A DNA stretch of 64,000 nucleotides from Laetmonice hystrix (GCA_965235115.1 OZ249437.1:11904001-11968000); one strand, 5' to 3'; shown: positions 28,541 to 42,640, counted from the stretch's first letter. Translations and numbers: made by a program. Notes: generated from the sequence alone by a model not told the origin.

Positions 28541-30825
28541 CTTTAAGTCTCATGCCAGTAAGGAAACTTTATCCAAAAAAAAGACTTAACAAAACTAGTT
28601 TCGTTGTGTGTATGAATATTTTCCGAAAGAAAAAAGAATAGAAAAAGGAAAGGCGTAGAGAAAGAAATGACTAAAGCAAGATGCGGTATTCTGATTATAT
28701 GCACCAGTATTTTTCTCCCTCCCCAGAGACACATGTATATGCATGTTTGGGAGATGGTACAAGGTTTTTAATGATATGCGATATGGTTTATACAGTACAA
28801 CAAAAAACCAATATGTAATACACTTGGTCCTTAATTATCTGAACATGCGCCTATGAGAGTAGATTTGTTTTATTGGCAAAAGTATCGTAAAAATGTACAA
28901 ATTGAGTGGGGTCAATGTCTCAAGTAAGGAGGGAAGTTGGCCCTTTCAGTAAACACATATCCCAAGAATGGGACATCGTACATATACGATTCCACTACGA
29001 TTTTAGTGACATTCCTTGAGATTAATGGACAATCCCCTGCCTGGCAACAACTTCTAATCTTGTGAAGGCATCGACCAATCTGGACATCTTCCAGCTCAAA
29101 TTTAGAGTTAGATTCAATAAAAGTTGCTTCAAGTAGTAAAGCCTGATGTATATGCAGACCCAGCCACTATCAAAGTCAATCAGGAATATGATGTCTTACT
29201 TCAATTTCCTACAATTTCCTCATGTATAAATATGCCGATTTAGAGAATTAGCGCCAGATACAGTAATAAATACATGACAGAGAAAAAGTGAACTCTAAAT
29301 TAAGTGATGGTTTGTTAAATAACCAACGTTAAACTTTCAGTTTCAACGAACTGCTCTTTTACTTGTGAACATTTTTAAAATTAAAAAAAAACATTTTTCA
29401 GTATAAAATCATGTACGTGTTATCTTTTTAAGATTTCTATATCATCATGAGGGGTTAGTGTCTGAAGTCAAACATTCAAACTGTAATCACTTATCAAAGT
29501 AAAATTAGTTTGGGTATTAATTATTAAGGGCAATTATTTTTGTTTCTTTTCGTTCCGATTGGATGGAAGAATTTAAACGTTATTCGTTTGTTATCTCGAC
29601 ACCTTCCCGGAAAAACTAGTTTGTTAGATATCTGTGTGAATACGATGACGTTTTGAATGACAGGTTTCAATTTCCAGTGAGCAGTGATAGGATTCTCAGA
29701 GGAAGAGTTGACTTTCCATCCTGAACTGGCCAACTATAACCCCCATTGTGTGCGTAATTGGAATTCCAAGCCTCCATAGTTAAAACCCATCACTGGTCCT
29801 CAGAAAAACATTGTATGATTGGCAATACGCTGTCGACAAAAATATTAAATAAATTCCCAGTTTAATAAATTCAACTTTTGCATTCAATATATACATTTTA
29901 TCAGATCACAACATTTGCAAACTCTACAGATTCTAATAGCTATATTATTAACTTTGGTTCGACCCACTAAAGGACTTCCCACTGAGTCCCCAAGGGAACA
30001 ACTGAGTCCATTCTAATCAAGATTGTGGCGGACTGCTGAGTTTGGAAATTGACTGAAGTCAAGGGGCTGTATGAAGTTTAAATTAACGCTGTAAGTTAAC
30101 AAGATAATAACTGTTTTATTCTACCCTCATCACATTGACAACTTCAGCTAAGAGAAAGAGAAAATATCAAAGATATGGTTTAAACGACACTGCATGTATA
30201 TCCATTGGTGAAACACTTATTTTACACGCGTCTGTCCCCAACCCGTGGCTGCCGGTCCACCCGGCCGTCAGTGCGGCAAACCAGGATCTACAGAGACCCC
30301 TAGTGGCAAAACCTGTAAAATACACGTGCAAGGCAATCTGACGTTCAAAGTAGAATGAATGAACAAGGAGAAAGGAACGGAAGATTCCACTCTACCAACT
30401 CTACCAACAATATCACGTATTACTATATGAATAGAAAACATATATTCCCTGTACATGATAACTGGGAGGTTTATAGGGTACTTTAAATTTATCTAGTGAT
30501 AATGTAGCTTGTCATCTCCAAGAAAAGAAACATTGCCCCTATACGTTACTACTGGAGTATTGTATCCGTCACGACGCTGCTAGAAGTCAAGGTAATCGGT
30601 ACCCCGCGGGGTTAGAAAAGCTAGGGAGTCCAAGATTTCACAATAAGACAATGTGTAAACATACTGATATATAAGAAAAGATAAACGTCATGAGAGCAAG
30701 ACGGGAAATTATAAAAATTTATTATCATTTAGAAAAAAAAAAATTCTTCTTTTTTTTATAGATCTCTCCTTAATCTTGGAGGATTGCTGACACATTGTGG
30801 TTGTTTTTTATTATATATATTTTTT

Positions 30826-31510
30826 GTATTAACTGCTTGGGGGACGAGCTCAATATCAACGTCTAACTGTTGTATTAACTTCTTGGGGACGAGCTCAATA
30901 TCAACATCTAACTGCTGTATTAACTGCTTGGGGGACGAGCTCAATATCAACGTCTAACTGCTGTATTAACTGCTTGGGGGACGAGCTCAATATCAACGTC
31001 TAACTGCTGTATTAACTGCTTGGGGGACGAGCTCAATATCAACGTCTAACTGCTGTATTAACTGCTTGGGGGACGAGCTCAATATCAACGTCTAACTGCT
31101 GTATTAACTGCTTGGGGACGAGCTCAATATCAACGTCTAACTGCTGTATTAACTGCTTGGGGACGAGCTCAACATCAACGTCTAACTGCTGTATTAACTG
31201 CTTGGGGGACGAGCTCAATATCAACGTCTAACTGCTGAATTAACTGCTTGGGGGACGAGCTCAATATCAACGTCTAACTGCTGTATTAACTGCTTGGGGG
31301 ACGAGCTCAATATCAACATCTAACTGCATGTATTAACTGCTTGGGGGACGAGCTCAATATCAACGTCTAACTACATGTATTAACTGCTTGGGGGACGAGC
31401 TCAATATCAACATCTAACTGCTGTATTAACTGCTTGGGGGACGAGCTCAATATCAACGTCTAACTGCTGTATTAACTGCTTGGGGGACGAGCTCAATATC
31501 AACATCTAAC
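30826..31510. repeat. Minisatellite, 45/46-bp unit AACTGCTGTATTAACTGCTTGGGG(G)ACGAGCTCAATATCAACGTCT, about 15 copies
   Basis: Directly visible; unit length varies with a G4/G5 run. Confidence 0.97.
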
Positions 31511-32967
31511 CGCATGTTATAAACCTGTCGGGAAAAATATGAGTAATTTATAGCCCTGAACCTAACTCTAAACATGAGGGTTGAAACGTTCCACTTGTGC
31601 CACGATAGGATACGTATCACGATACTCTTCTGAAAAAAGGATAAGAAAAACGGATCTGGATAAAACGCTAACATTTCAAAAGTGGCGCTCCTGTTGTCCT
31701 ACTCGCCAGGTGGCGCTCCAGTTCATCCATGCGGTCAAGTCAGAAATCAGTCGTAAAAGATTATATTTAACTGAGTCATGACCAGAGGCATAGCTATCCT
31801 TTAGCTAAGTATCGGTCTCGGAAATAACAGCGAGCACCCGCGGTCGGAAGTATGCTACAAGTTCGGGATTATGTTTCCCCCAGGAAAAACAATGAAGAAA
31901 AACACGTGCATTTCCTGCATTCTGAGTAGGTATTTGCTTGTGTTGAGAGCGATCATTGTTATATGTGGCCATGATTTAAATAAAGAATAAAATGATAAAA
32001 GATTAAATGTAAAAAGACCCCCCCCCCCTCTTCCATAAAAACTGAGCCATGCGGGTTGAGGGCCCATTGGTAGTTATATCTATGCAGATCTACTTTATAA
32101 TCACTACGTCGAGCGTTGTACGGCTTCCTGTCGGCTTCAGCCTCAGGTCTACTTTAGATTTAAGTACAAGTATAACCAAGAAAAACATTTTACTGGACGC
32201 ACAGGGTATTTACGCTAAGTCGCCCTTTCTGTTGGTTCCCTGCGACTGTCGTGATAAATCGTGAACTAGCACCCCTGGTCAAAATAGTGCATTTTGAGAT
32301 ATCCCAGAAGCTGATGACGTCAGAGATGATTAGGGAGGAATCAGATTCAGGGGTTCTATAGTGTCTCCAGGCACTGTTTACTTGGCACCTGGAGAGTTGA
32401 GAGTTATTTTTTAAAGCGACAATAACTAAAAAAACGAAACTGGTCCTCGAGGTGCACGTGTCGGGTCTAAGTACTACGTCTGGAGAACACACGATAACCC
32501 ATTGAGAGCGATCTGGAACCTTGCCGCAGATTGAGCCCACTGACGGGGAACGGGCTGTATGTTTACATTTCTTAAGAAAAGTCGTGTCGCACTTATCGTC
32601 GAGTTACCTCACCTCTAAACGATGAAACTGTTCGTACTGTCAGGTTTTCAACGGTGTTTGTGGCCAGACTACGACCGAACGCGAGGACCGGTGCCTAGCA
32701 GTTCCCTACATCACACGTTATAACCGTCTCCAGGTCGAGGGCCACAAAAAGGGTGTGTATAAACACGTTTTGCTAAGATAGAACAAAGTTCCGGCGAATT
32801 TAAAGGGAGCCGTAAAATTCATTTTTTCGATTTATGGCAGTCTTAGAAACATAATGATTCGCATACCTTGGACTCCCAGTAACATCGTGTGAGACTGTTA
32901 TGTCCCAGCGACCAGTATTTAGTAAGGAAAATATGCCAAATCTCTCGCAAATACGTAGCTCAGAATT

Positions 32968-33166
32968 AGCGAGCGGCCCACAGGATATTTGAGTTGGCCG
33001 CAGTCGGGCGATGATGACGCGTGATCACGTGACTTCCGGGTGTACATGCGGTATTTAGGTCAACGCTAGACTAGAGGGAGATTCCCTCCCACACCCGGAA
33101 GTCACGTGATCACACGTCATCATCGCCCGACCGCGGCCAACTCAAATATCCTGTGGGCCGCTCGCT
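32968..33166. repeat. 76-bp inverted repeat with a 47-bp spacer
   Basis: Arms 32968-33043 and 33091-33166 are reverse complements with 2 mismatches; each contains GATCACGTGAC (CACGTG) and CCGGAAGT motifs. Confidence 0.95.
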
Positions 33167-34884
33167 GTCCCTATCCCTAACCCATAGTCCCGGTCTCAAT
33201 ACCTCCCTAAACAAGATCCCCTACCCCTAGCCCTGTCCCTATCCCTAACCCACAGTCCCGGTCTCAATACCTCCCTAAACAAGTACCCTACCGCCAGCCC
33301 TGCCCCTATCTGTAACCCATAGTCCCGGTCTCAATACCTTCCTAAACAAGTACCCCTACCGCTAGCCCTGTCCCTATCCCTAACCCATAGTCCCGGCCTC
33401 AATACCTCCCTAAACAAGTACCCCTACCGCTAGCCCTGCCCCTATCTGTAACCCATAGTCCCGGTCTCAATACCTTCCTAAACAAGTACCCCTACCGCTA
33501 GCCCTGTCCCTATCCCTAACCCATAGTCCCGGTCTCAATACCTCCCTAAACAAGTACCCCTACCGCTAGCCCTGCCCCTATCTGTAACCCATAGTCCCGG
33601 TCTCAATACCTTCCTAAACAAGTACCCCTACCGCTAGCCCTGCCCCTATCCTAACCCATGGTCTCAGTCTCAATACCTTCCTAAACAAGTACCAACCGCT
33701 AGCCCTGTCCCTATCCCTAACCCATAGTCCCGATCTCAATACCTCCCTAAACAAGATCCCCTACCCCTAGCCCTGTCCCTATCCCTAACCCATAGTCCCG
33801 GTCTCAATACCTTCCTAAACAAGTACCCCTACCGCTAGCCCTGCACCTATCCTAACCCATGATCTCAGTCTCAATACCTTCCTAAACAAGTACCCCTACC
33901 GCTAGCCCTGTCCCTATACCTAACCCATAGTCCCGGTCTCAATACCTCCCTAAACAAGTACCCCTACCGCTAGCCCTGCCCCTATCTGTAACCCCTAGTC
34001 CCGGTCTCAATACCTTCCTAAACAAGTACCCCTACCGCTAGCCCTGCACCTATCCTAACCCATGGTCTCAGTCTCAATACCTTCCTAAACAAGTACCCCT
34101 ACCGCTAGCCCTGCCCCTATCCTAACCCATGGTCTCAGTCTCAATACCTTCCTAAACAAGTACCCACCGCTAGCCCTGTCCCTATCCCTAACCCACAGTC
34201 CCGGTCTCAATACCTCCCTAAACAAGTACCCCTACCGCTAGCCCTGTCCCTGTCCCTGAACCATAGTCCCGGTCTCAATACCTTCCTAAACAAGTACCCC
34301 TACCGCTAGCCCTGTCCCTATCCCTAACCCACAGTCCCGGTCTCAATACATGTACCTCCCTAAACAAGACTAGTACCCCTACCGCTAGCCCTGTCCCTAT
34401 CCCTAACCCATAGTCCCGATCTCAATACCTTCCTAAACAAGTACCCCTACCGCTAGCCCTGTCCCTATCTGTAACCCATAGTCCCGGTCTCAATACCTCC
34501 CTAAACAAGATCCCCTACCCCTAGCCATGTCCCTATCCCTAACCCATAGTCCCGATCTCAATACCTTCCTAAACAAGATCCCCTACCGCTAGCCCTGTCC
34601 CTATCCCTAACCCATAGTCCCGATCTCAATACCTTCCTAAACAAGTACCCCTACCGCTAGCCCTGTCCCTATCTGTAACCCATAGTCCCGGTCTCAATAC
34701 CTCCCTAAACAAGATCCCCTACCCCTAGCCATGTCCCTATCCCTAACCCATAGTCCCGATCTCAATACCTTCCTAAACAAGTACCCCTACCGCTAGCCCT
34801 GTCCCTGTCCCTGAACCATAGTCCCGGTCTCAATACCTTCCTAAACAAATACCCCTACCGCTAGCCCTGTCCCTATCCATAACC
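33167..34884. repeat. Minisatellite, about 68-bp unit GTCCCTATCCCTAACCCATAGTCCCGGTCTCAATACCTCCCTAAACAAGTACCCCTACCGCTAGCCCT, about 25 copies
   Basis: Directly visible; contains the telomere-like CCCTAACCC; minus strand is rich in GGG runs. Confidence 0.97.
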
Positions 34885-35224
34885 TTTACCCCTGATTTCG
34901 TAGGAATTTTATAATTGTGCAATAACCGCTTGGCTTGGCTTTGATTGGCGTGGCTTCATGCATCTCACCTAAGGAAGAGACCAAGGGAATTGACCGACTT
35001 TATTTGATCATAAAGTTTCGCGTTTTAACGTTTCAATTACTCTTTTAATGCTGATTTTATGGTGATAATTTGGCGTTGACATGTCGTTATTTTACAATTC
35101 TACCCACAATAACCATAAATATAACTGAATTATGAATTTGATTCTGATGACAAGACGTGTTACCATTTTAACTCTGAATGTCACCCATCGCCGAAAATCA
35201 TTAAGAACGATAATATTTCACTTT

Positions 35225-36739
35225 AAACTGCACGTTCTCCGTTACCTCATACTTACAGAAACTGCACGTTCTCCGTTACCTCATACTTACAAAAACTGCA
35301 TGTTCTCCGTTACCTCATACTTACAAAAACTACATGTTCTCCGTTACTTCATACTTAGAAAAACTGCATGTTCTCCGTGACCTCATACTTACAGATACTG
35401 CACGTTCTCCGTGACCTCATACTTACAAAAACTACATGTTCTCCGTTACCGCATACTTACAAAAACTGCATGTTCTCCGTTACCTCATACTTTCAAAAAC
35501 TGCACGTTATCCGTTACCTCATACTTACAAAAACTGCACGTTCTCCGTTACCTCATACTTACAGAAACTGCACGTTCTCCGTTACCTCATACTTACAGAA
35601 ACTGCACGTTCTCCGTGACCTCATACTTACAAAAACTGCACGTTCTCCGTTACCTCATACTTACAAAAACTGCACGTTCTCCGTTACCTCATACTTACAG
35701 AAACTGCACGTTCTCCGTTACCTCATATTTACAAAAACTGCACGTTCTCCGTTACCTCATACTTACAGAAACTGCATGTTTTCCGTGACCTCATACTTAC
35801 AGAAACTGCATGTTCTCCGTTACCTCATACTTACAAAAACTGCATGTTCTCCGTTACCTCATACTTACAGATACTGCATGTTCTCCGTGACCTCATACTT
35901 ACAAAAACTGCATGTTCTCCGTTACCGCATACTTACAAAATCTACATGTTCTCCTTTACCTCATACTTACAAAAACTGCATGTTCTCCGTGACCTCATAC
36001 TTACAAAAACTGCATGTTCTCCGTGACCTCATACTTACAGAAACTGCATGTTCTCCGTGACCTCATACTTACAGAAACTGCATGTTCTCCGTTACCTCAT
36101 ACTTACAAAAACTACCTGTTCCCCTTTACCTCATACTTACAAAACTGCATGTTCTCCGTGACCTCATACTTACAAAAACTGCATGTTCTCCTTTACCTCA
36201 TACTTACAAAAACTGCATGTTCTCCTTTAGCTCATACTTACAATAACTACATGTTCTCCGTTACCTCATACTTCCAAAAACTGCATGTTCTTCGTGACCT
36301 CATACTTACAAAAACTGCATGTTCTCCGTGACCTCATACTTACAAAAAGTCATGTTCTCCGTTACCTTATACTTACAAAAACTACATGTTCTCCTTTACC
36401 TCATACTTACAAAAACTGCATGTTCTCCGTGACCTCATACTTACAAAAACTGCATGTTCTCCGTGACCTCATACTTACAAAAACTACATGTTCTCCTTTA
36501 CCTCATACTTACAAAAACTGCATGTTCTCCGTTACCTCATACTTACAAAAACTGCATGTTCTCCGTTACGCATACTTACAAAAACTATATGTTCTCCGTT
36601 ACGCATACTTACAAAAACTATATGTTCTCCGTTACCTCATACTTACAAAAACTACATGTTCTCCGTTACCTCATACTTACAAAAACTACATGTTCTCCGT
36701 TACCTCATACTTACAAAAACTGCATGTTCTCCTCATACT
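35225..36739. repeat. Minisatellite, 34-bp unit AAACTGCATGTTCTCCGTTACCTCATACTTACAA, about 44 copies
   Basis: Directly visible; source of the overlapping LQKLHVLRYLILT ORFs. Confidence 0.97.
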
Positions 36740-39700
36740 ACACCTTACGAGTTAGTTTTGATGAACTGTTTCTCTCTATTCATACATTCAACATTCTTGA
36801 TGTTATTAACCTTGGGTTTTTTCTACAGCTATCGCGTTTTAAATATTTTCAATATAGATTAGTCTCAATCTTGCGATGTGTGTCTTTGTTATATTGCCAC
36901 GGGTGGACTGTTATCTACTGAGAATAAGAAAGCATGGAAATACGATACCCGCATATTCACGCTCCCTTTAGGGCCTGGTGATAATATTATGAAGCAATGA
37001 AGGAAAGTTTCATTTTTTGAATACCTGATCTTTATTTGGAATATTGATAGAATACTATAAATATTAACTTCAACCCTTTAAGGCAGAAGAAAAAAGGGGT
37101 AAGCGGGAAGAGATACAGAGAAGCATACGCTCAGGGTCTGAGGGAAATTAGCATATAACAATTGGCGAGAGACTTGACTTACTTCACTGGAGTTGGAAGT
37201 TGTTTCTGTAATTATAACCTGGTCCTGGGGGGCCACTACGATCAGACGATCTTGTCTGCAGGGTAAGAGCATGGTGGGTTGGCTGCCATGAGGGGGTTCT
37301 CCCGAGATAATATTCTAATGTATCTCAGATGGAGATATCCAAGATATTGATCTGGGAGTTGTGTCAGGGTATAGCTGGAATCCCAACAACCTATTTTGCT
37401 GCCTTTTGTATACATCTGAAAGTGACTTTCAAATGAATGGTTACAGAATATATTAATATTTTAGACAACTATTTTTATGTCTAGTTGGCTACAGGCTTCA
37501 CGTTTTTTCTTTCTGTCTGGTACTGAAGTGCACCCACCAAACACAGCAAGTGGCCAGTCAGAGAGGGGCTGGCACATATGCCAAGTGCCCAACTGGTGCT
37601 GCCAGCACTACCCGCCAGACCTTGGCACTTTATGGTGCCTGCACCAGGCGAAATCACCGCAACACGTGAGAGGGCGACAACTTATTTATTTGCTTTTTAT
37701 TGCTTCCAATGCCTTGAAGTTACAAAACGACCATATTATTGAAAACTTATAGTGCTAAGGTCTGTGTAACCCGATACATATACCTTATGCTGGTTCAACC
37801 ACGCACCATGCATGATGCAAACTACGAAATACTATACGCCTCATAAAAGGTGCCGTAACTTACATGGCATGTCGATGAACACGAAACAATAAACTCGTTG
37901 TTTCCATCTTCCTTTTCTCTGTGTTACTAGGGAACATATGTGAAGGCCCCTTGACTCCCCCATATTTATTGCTCGCCCATTTGCGCTAAATTGCACCAAG
38001 GAGTCATACGTGAGCACTGCAGCTATGCATATAACCATATGTTGCCCCAGAATCTAGCATAAAACTGACAAAATGAGAGTTGCGGGTCTATAAAAGAGAA
38101 TGGGATGTCGGTGTTTATGTGTTGGAAGTCGGCAGGCATATCAACGGGCCATGGGCACAGACCGTTAACAGGACAGTTCGGGTTGTAAATACAAACCCAG
38201 CCTCCATCTGGTTAAAACTTCCTCTAGAGGTCATACTCATACATAGAGGTCATACATAGAGGTCATAAACGAAATCAAACCCAGCCGGGAATGCGTGACC
38301 TTGGCATGTGTCAGTTGTCATTGAATGATATACGATTCGTGCGTGCGTGTTGAGAAGTTTTAAATTCCGTTTACATTCTTGATATGCAGGTAAAGTCGAT
38401 ACAGGAAACTGGAACGGCAAGCCTGCATCGCAACATGGAGTTCATCTTATATTTCTTTGTTTTATGTCTGTATTCCGTTAATTTCATCGATAAAAAGTGC
38501 ACAGAAGGCCCCTAAAAACCGAATTATAGAAAATTACCTACTTTTTTATTTACGAACCCTGGTTAGGAAGACATTCAATGGGCTTGTATTGTCGAGCGTT
38601 ACTGCTGTCAGAAGAGAAGATAAGGTCAAGACAATGAAATAACATGGGAATTATATGTTGAGAATAAATAGAGGGCAGAGAGGCGAAACTGATTGCGCTG
38701 GGTCGGGGGCACCAGGGAACAGTGGGGAAGCGCTGTTTCACATGCCGTGCCGATATAAATTGTCATTTAGCTCCAGCTAAAGGAGGTGCTAAGGTGAGTT
38801 GTGGCCTACATTAAGGATCTCTTGCCAACAGTAGGTGCAGCGTATGGAAAATGAATGGCCAGGTTATTAGGAAAGGCTCGCAGCATGCATGGGTGATGTT
38901 ATCTGCCGATGATGTACGATTGCTCGCTTCTCGTACGTATCTCCCGTGACAGGCGCACATCTGGTTATACCTGCAGCCTCTGTAGGATGGATCCGTCCCG
39001 AGCGAGTCTACCTACCACCTCCCGGTCTCCCAGCCTGAGCCTGAGGTCACCGCTGATATCCCGGCCTTCCGTCCCCCCACGGCCTGGTGGGCCGCCGCCC
39101 CCGGTCATGGTGGCCCGCTCACCGTATACATACGTCCCAACCAAATCTACCACGTCCCCGGCCCCTCATAAACCAACACCGATAGCGTCGGTGTTCTCCA
39201 TATTCCGAAACTTTGACCTCTGACCCACTCAGCAAGTTGTGTGCCCTGTTGCAATCCCAGCACCGCCCCACACCGGTCCCCAATGAGCCCTAGATTTCGG
39301 ATCGGACGGAACAAGTTATGCATGCGACATCGACCGCTGCGATAAATCGGGCAGGACGAAGTGGCATCCCAATTGACCTTTTGTTGTATATGTTGGGATA
39401 ATCGGGAAAGGGTGGCGCTTGTTTTCTATATGCTGACGCTGGCCACTGTAACTAGTCCCTGACAGAATAACACCATGCATGCAGCTCGGCAACTGATAAT
39501 ACATGGTATCGAACTCTATTAGAAATTACAAAAAAAAGCACCGGGCGCTATATCAGGGCTTTCTGGGCGATTTAACCTTTTAGGGGACGGAGTTGAAGCA
39601 ATCGGTAGGAGTCTTGGGGTTAATATTTTTTTTTTTTAAACTAGAAAAACTTTGGGGTACCTATTTCCGGTTGGGGGCTAAAAGGGCCCTTAGTGTGACA

Positions 39701-40335
39701 TTGAACATTCAACACTGTCTCGCAGTCTCCCAATCAGAAAATATACTCCTCAATCTGTTTCATTAAAACGTAGCCACTATGTTACTGAACCAATCAATTT
39801 TTTTTAAAAACAACATTGGGTAAAAGCTGAACGGAAGGCTGGGCTCCACATCGAGAAAAAAGTCTCTTCTTTCCTGGTAACATTTACAAGGCTCTCTCGT
39901 GGGAGTCGGTGTCGCTTGGGTTTCGGCAACCGACAACTTATTACCGCGGCTGAGTGGCGCCATCTATTTCCGACAACCCTATATTGTTGGGGGACATCTC
40001 TGTGAATTCAATGCGAGTTCCCCAGGGTGGTCTGGTTTGGTTGCGTACACGATGTTTATTAAGCGTACGATTTCACTGTCTTGTCGAATCTTCTCTTCTC
40101 TCCGTGGTGTTGTGTCCTCCCGAGGATTAAGGCGACTTCCTCAGACATACATTGTATTAACTGAATTCTCGCAAACAATCAGGAAGGCTGTCAACTTACC
40201 AACTTTTTGGTCACGATAATATAACTGTGTGTGTGGGGGGGGGGGGGTACTGTATGAACTAACTGGTGGGCCATCATTTCCCCCTCCCTTAGAAAATTCT
40301 AAGCCCTAAGACTGCCCCCTTTTCCAAAATCCTGG

Positions 40336-40410
40336 GGGGGGGGGTCACTAAGCTCGTCGCACTGTCCGTCGCCGGTCGGACGGTCCGACGCGCTTAGTGA
40401 AACACGCCCC
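40336..40410. mobile_element. Collapsed 75-bp MITE inserted into the end of a GGATCC-type MITE
   Basis: TCACTAAGC...GCTTAGTGAAACACGCCCC inverted ends, TGG on both sides (40333-40335, 40411-40413); removing it restores AAAATCCTGGATCCCCCTG. Confidence 0.5.
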
Positions 40411-40641
40411 TGGATCCCCCTGCAACTGACCCATCATTTGAACATTTCAAAAGAAGGAGGGGGTAGGTTCTCTGTCGGATACATCGGATTTATAAAGGGG
40501 GTAGATCCCCCTCCACCATAAATCCGCCATGGCGGCGACTCATCGCAAATGGTCGGTCTAAACATAGCCAATAATAGCTGTCCGTCTGGTGAGTATCATT
40601 ATATCAACCGTAACGTTATCAACGGCGACACATGAAATAGT

Positions 40642-41780
40642 GTATCACTGGAGGGACATAGAGGAACGTATCACTGGAGGGACATAGAGGAACGTATTAC
40701 TGGAGGGACATAGAGGAACGTATCACTGGAGGGACATAGAGGAACGTATCACTGGAGGGACATAGAGGAAAGTATTACTGGAGGGACATAGAGGAAAGTA
40801 TCACTGGAGGGACATATAGGAACGTTTCACTGGAGGGACATATAGGAAAGTATCACTGGAGGGACATATCGGAAAGTATCACTGGAGGGACATATAGGAA
40901 AGTATTACTGGAGGGCATAGAGGAAAGTATCACTGGAGGGACATATAGGAAAGTATTACTGTAGGGACATAGAGGAAAGTATTACTGGAGGGACATATAG
41001 GAAAGTATTACTGGAGGGACATATAGAAAAGTATTACTGGAGGGACATATAGGAACGTATCACTGGAGGAACATATAGGAAAGTATTACTGGAGGGACAT
41101 ATAGGAACGTATCACTGGAGGGACATAGAGGAACGTATCACTGGAGGGACATAGAGGAACGTATCACTGGAGGGACATAATAGGAAAGTATCACTGGAGG
41201 GACATAGAGGAAAGTATTACTGGAGGGACATATAGGAACGTATCACTGGAGAGACATAGAGGAACGTATCACTGGAGGGACATAGAGGAACGTATCACTG
41301 GAGGGACATATAGGAAAGTATTACTGGAGGGACATATTATAGGAAAGTATTACTGGAGGGACATAGAGGAAAGTATCACTGGAGGGACATAGAGGAAAGT
41401 ATTACTGGAGGGACATATAGGAACGTATTACTGGAGGGACATAGAGGAAAGTATCACTGGAGGAACATAGAGGAAAGTATTACTGGAGGGACATATAGTA
41501 AAGTATTACTGGAGGGACATATAGGAACGTATTACTGGAGGGACATATAGGAAAGTATCACTGGAGGGACATATAGGAAAGTATTACTGGAGGGACATAG
41601 AGGAAAGTATCACTGGAGGGACATAGAGGAAAGTATCACTGGAGGGACATATAGGAAAGTATCACTGGAGGGACATATAGGAAAGTATCACTGGAGGGAC
41701 ATATAGGAACGTTTCACTGGAGGGACATATAGGAAAGTATCACTGGAGGGACATAATAGCAGGAACGTATCACTTGAGGG
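40642..41780. repeat. Minisatellite, 26-bp unit GTATCACTGGAGGGACATAGAGGAAC, about 43 copies
   Basis: Directly visible. Confidence 0.97.
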
Positions 41781-41900
41781 CCATTATAAAAACGACTGGA
41801 TGGCCAAAAACTTATCACGTGGGTTTAGATATCGTATAAAACGCATCGACGGAAGGTCATTGTAACAATGGACGAGTAAGATGGGCCGTTCTTATACAGC

Positions 41901-42640
41901 GGATCAAATAGGGCTAATATAACAATGTGGATCAAATAGGACCATTATAACAATGTGGATCAAATAGGGCCATTATAACAATGTGGATCAAATAGGACCA
42001 TTATAACAATGTGGATCAAATAGGGCCATTATAAGAATGTATCGACGGCCTGGATTATTATAACAATGTATCGACAGCCTGGGCAACTATACCAATGTAC
42101 GGCCTGGGCCATTATAACAATGTACGGACGGCCTGGGCCATTATAACAATGTACGGACGGCCTGGGCCATTATAACAATGTACGGACGGCCTGGGCAATT
42201 ATAACAATGTACGGATGGCCTGGGCCATTATAACAATGTACGGACGGCCTGGGCCATTATAACAATGTACGGATGGCCTGGGCCATTATACCAATGTACG
42301 GACGGCCTGGGCCATTATACCAATGTACGGACGGCCTGGGCCATTATACCAATGTACGGACGGCCTGGGCCATTATAACAATGTACGGACGGCCTGGGCC
42401 ATTATACCAATGTACGGATGGCCTGGGCCATTATACCAATGTACGGACGGCCTGGGCTATTATAACAATGTACGGACGGCCTGGGCCATTATAACAATGT
42501 ACGGACGGCCTGGGCTATTATAACAATGTACGGACGGCCTGGGCCATTATAACAATGTACGGACGGCCTGGGCCATTATAACAATGTACGGACGGCCTGG
42601 GCCATTATAACAATGTAAGGACGGCCTGGGCCATTATAAC
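41901..42640. repeat. Minisatellite: 28-bp AACAATGTGGATCAAATAGGGCCATTAT grading into 29-bp AACAATGTACGGACGGCCTGGGCCATTAT
   Basis: About 4 copies of the first variant, a few intermediates, then about 19 of the second. Confidence 0.95.

Noticed and set aside
32050-32560. Crypton/DUF3504-like recombinase remnant (YPVRPVKCFLGY...SRPE)
   Set aside because: Only a few residues match, with multiple stops; not supportable without a profile search
33167-34884. True telomere or interstitial (TTAGGG)n tract
   Set aside because: Only one CCCTAACCC per 68-bp unit; no tandem hexamer run
35132-36921. Many overlapping LQKLHVLRYLILT ORFs
   Set aside because: A 34-bp unit rotates through frames; satellite artefact
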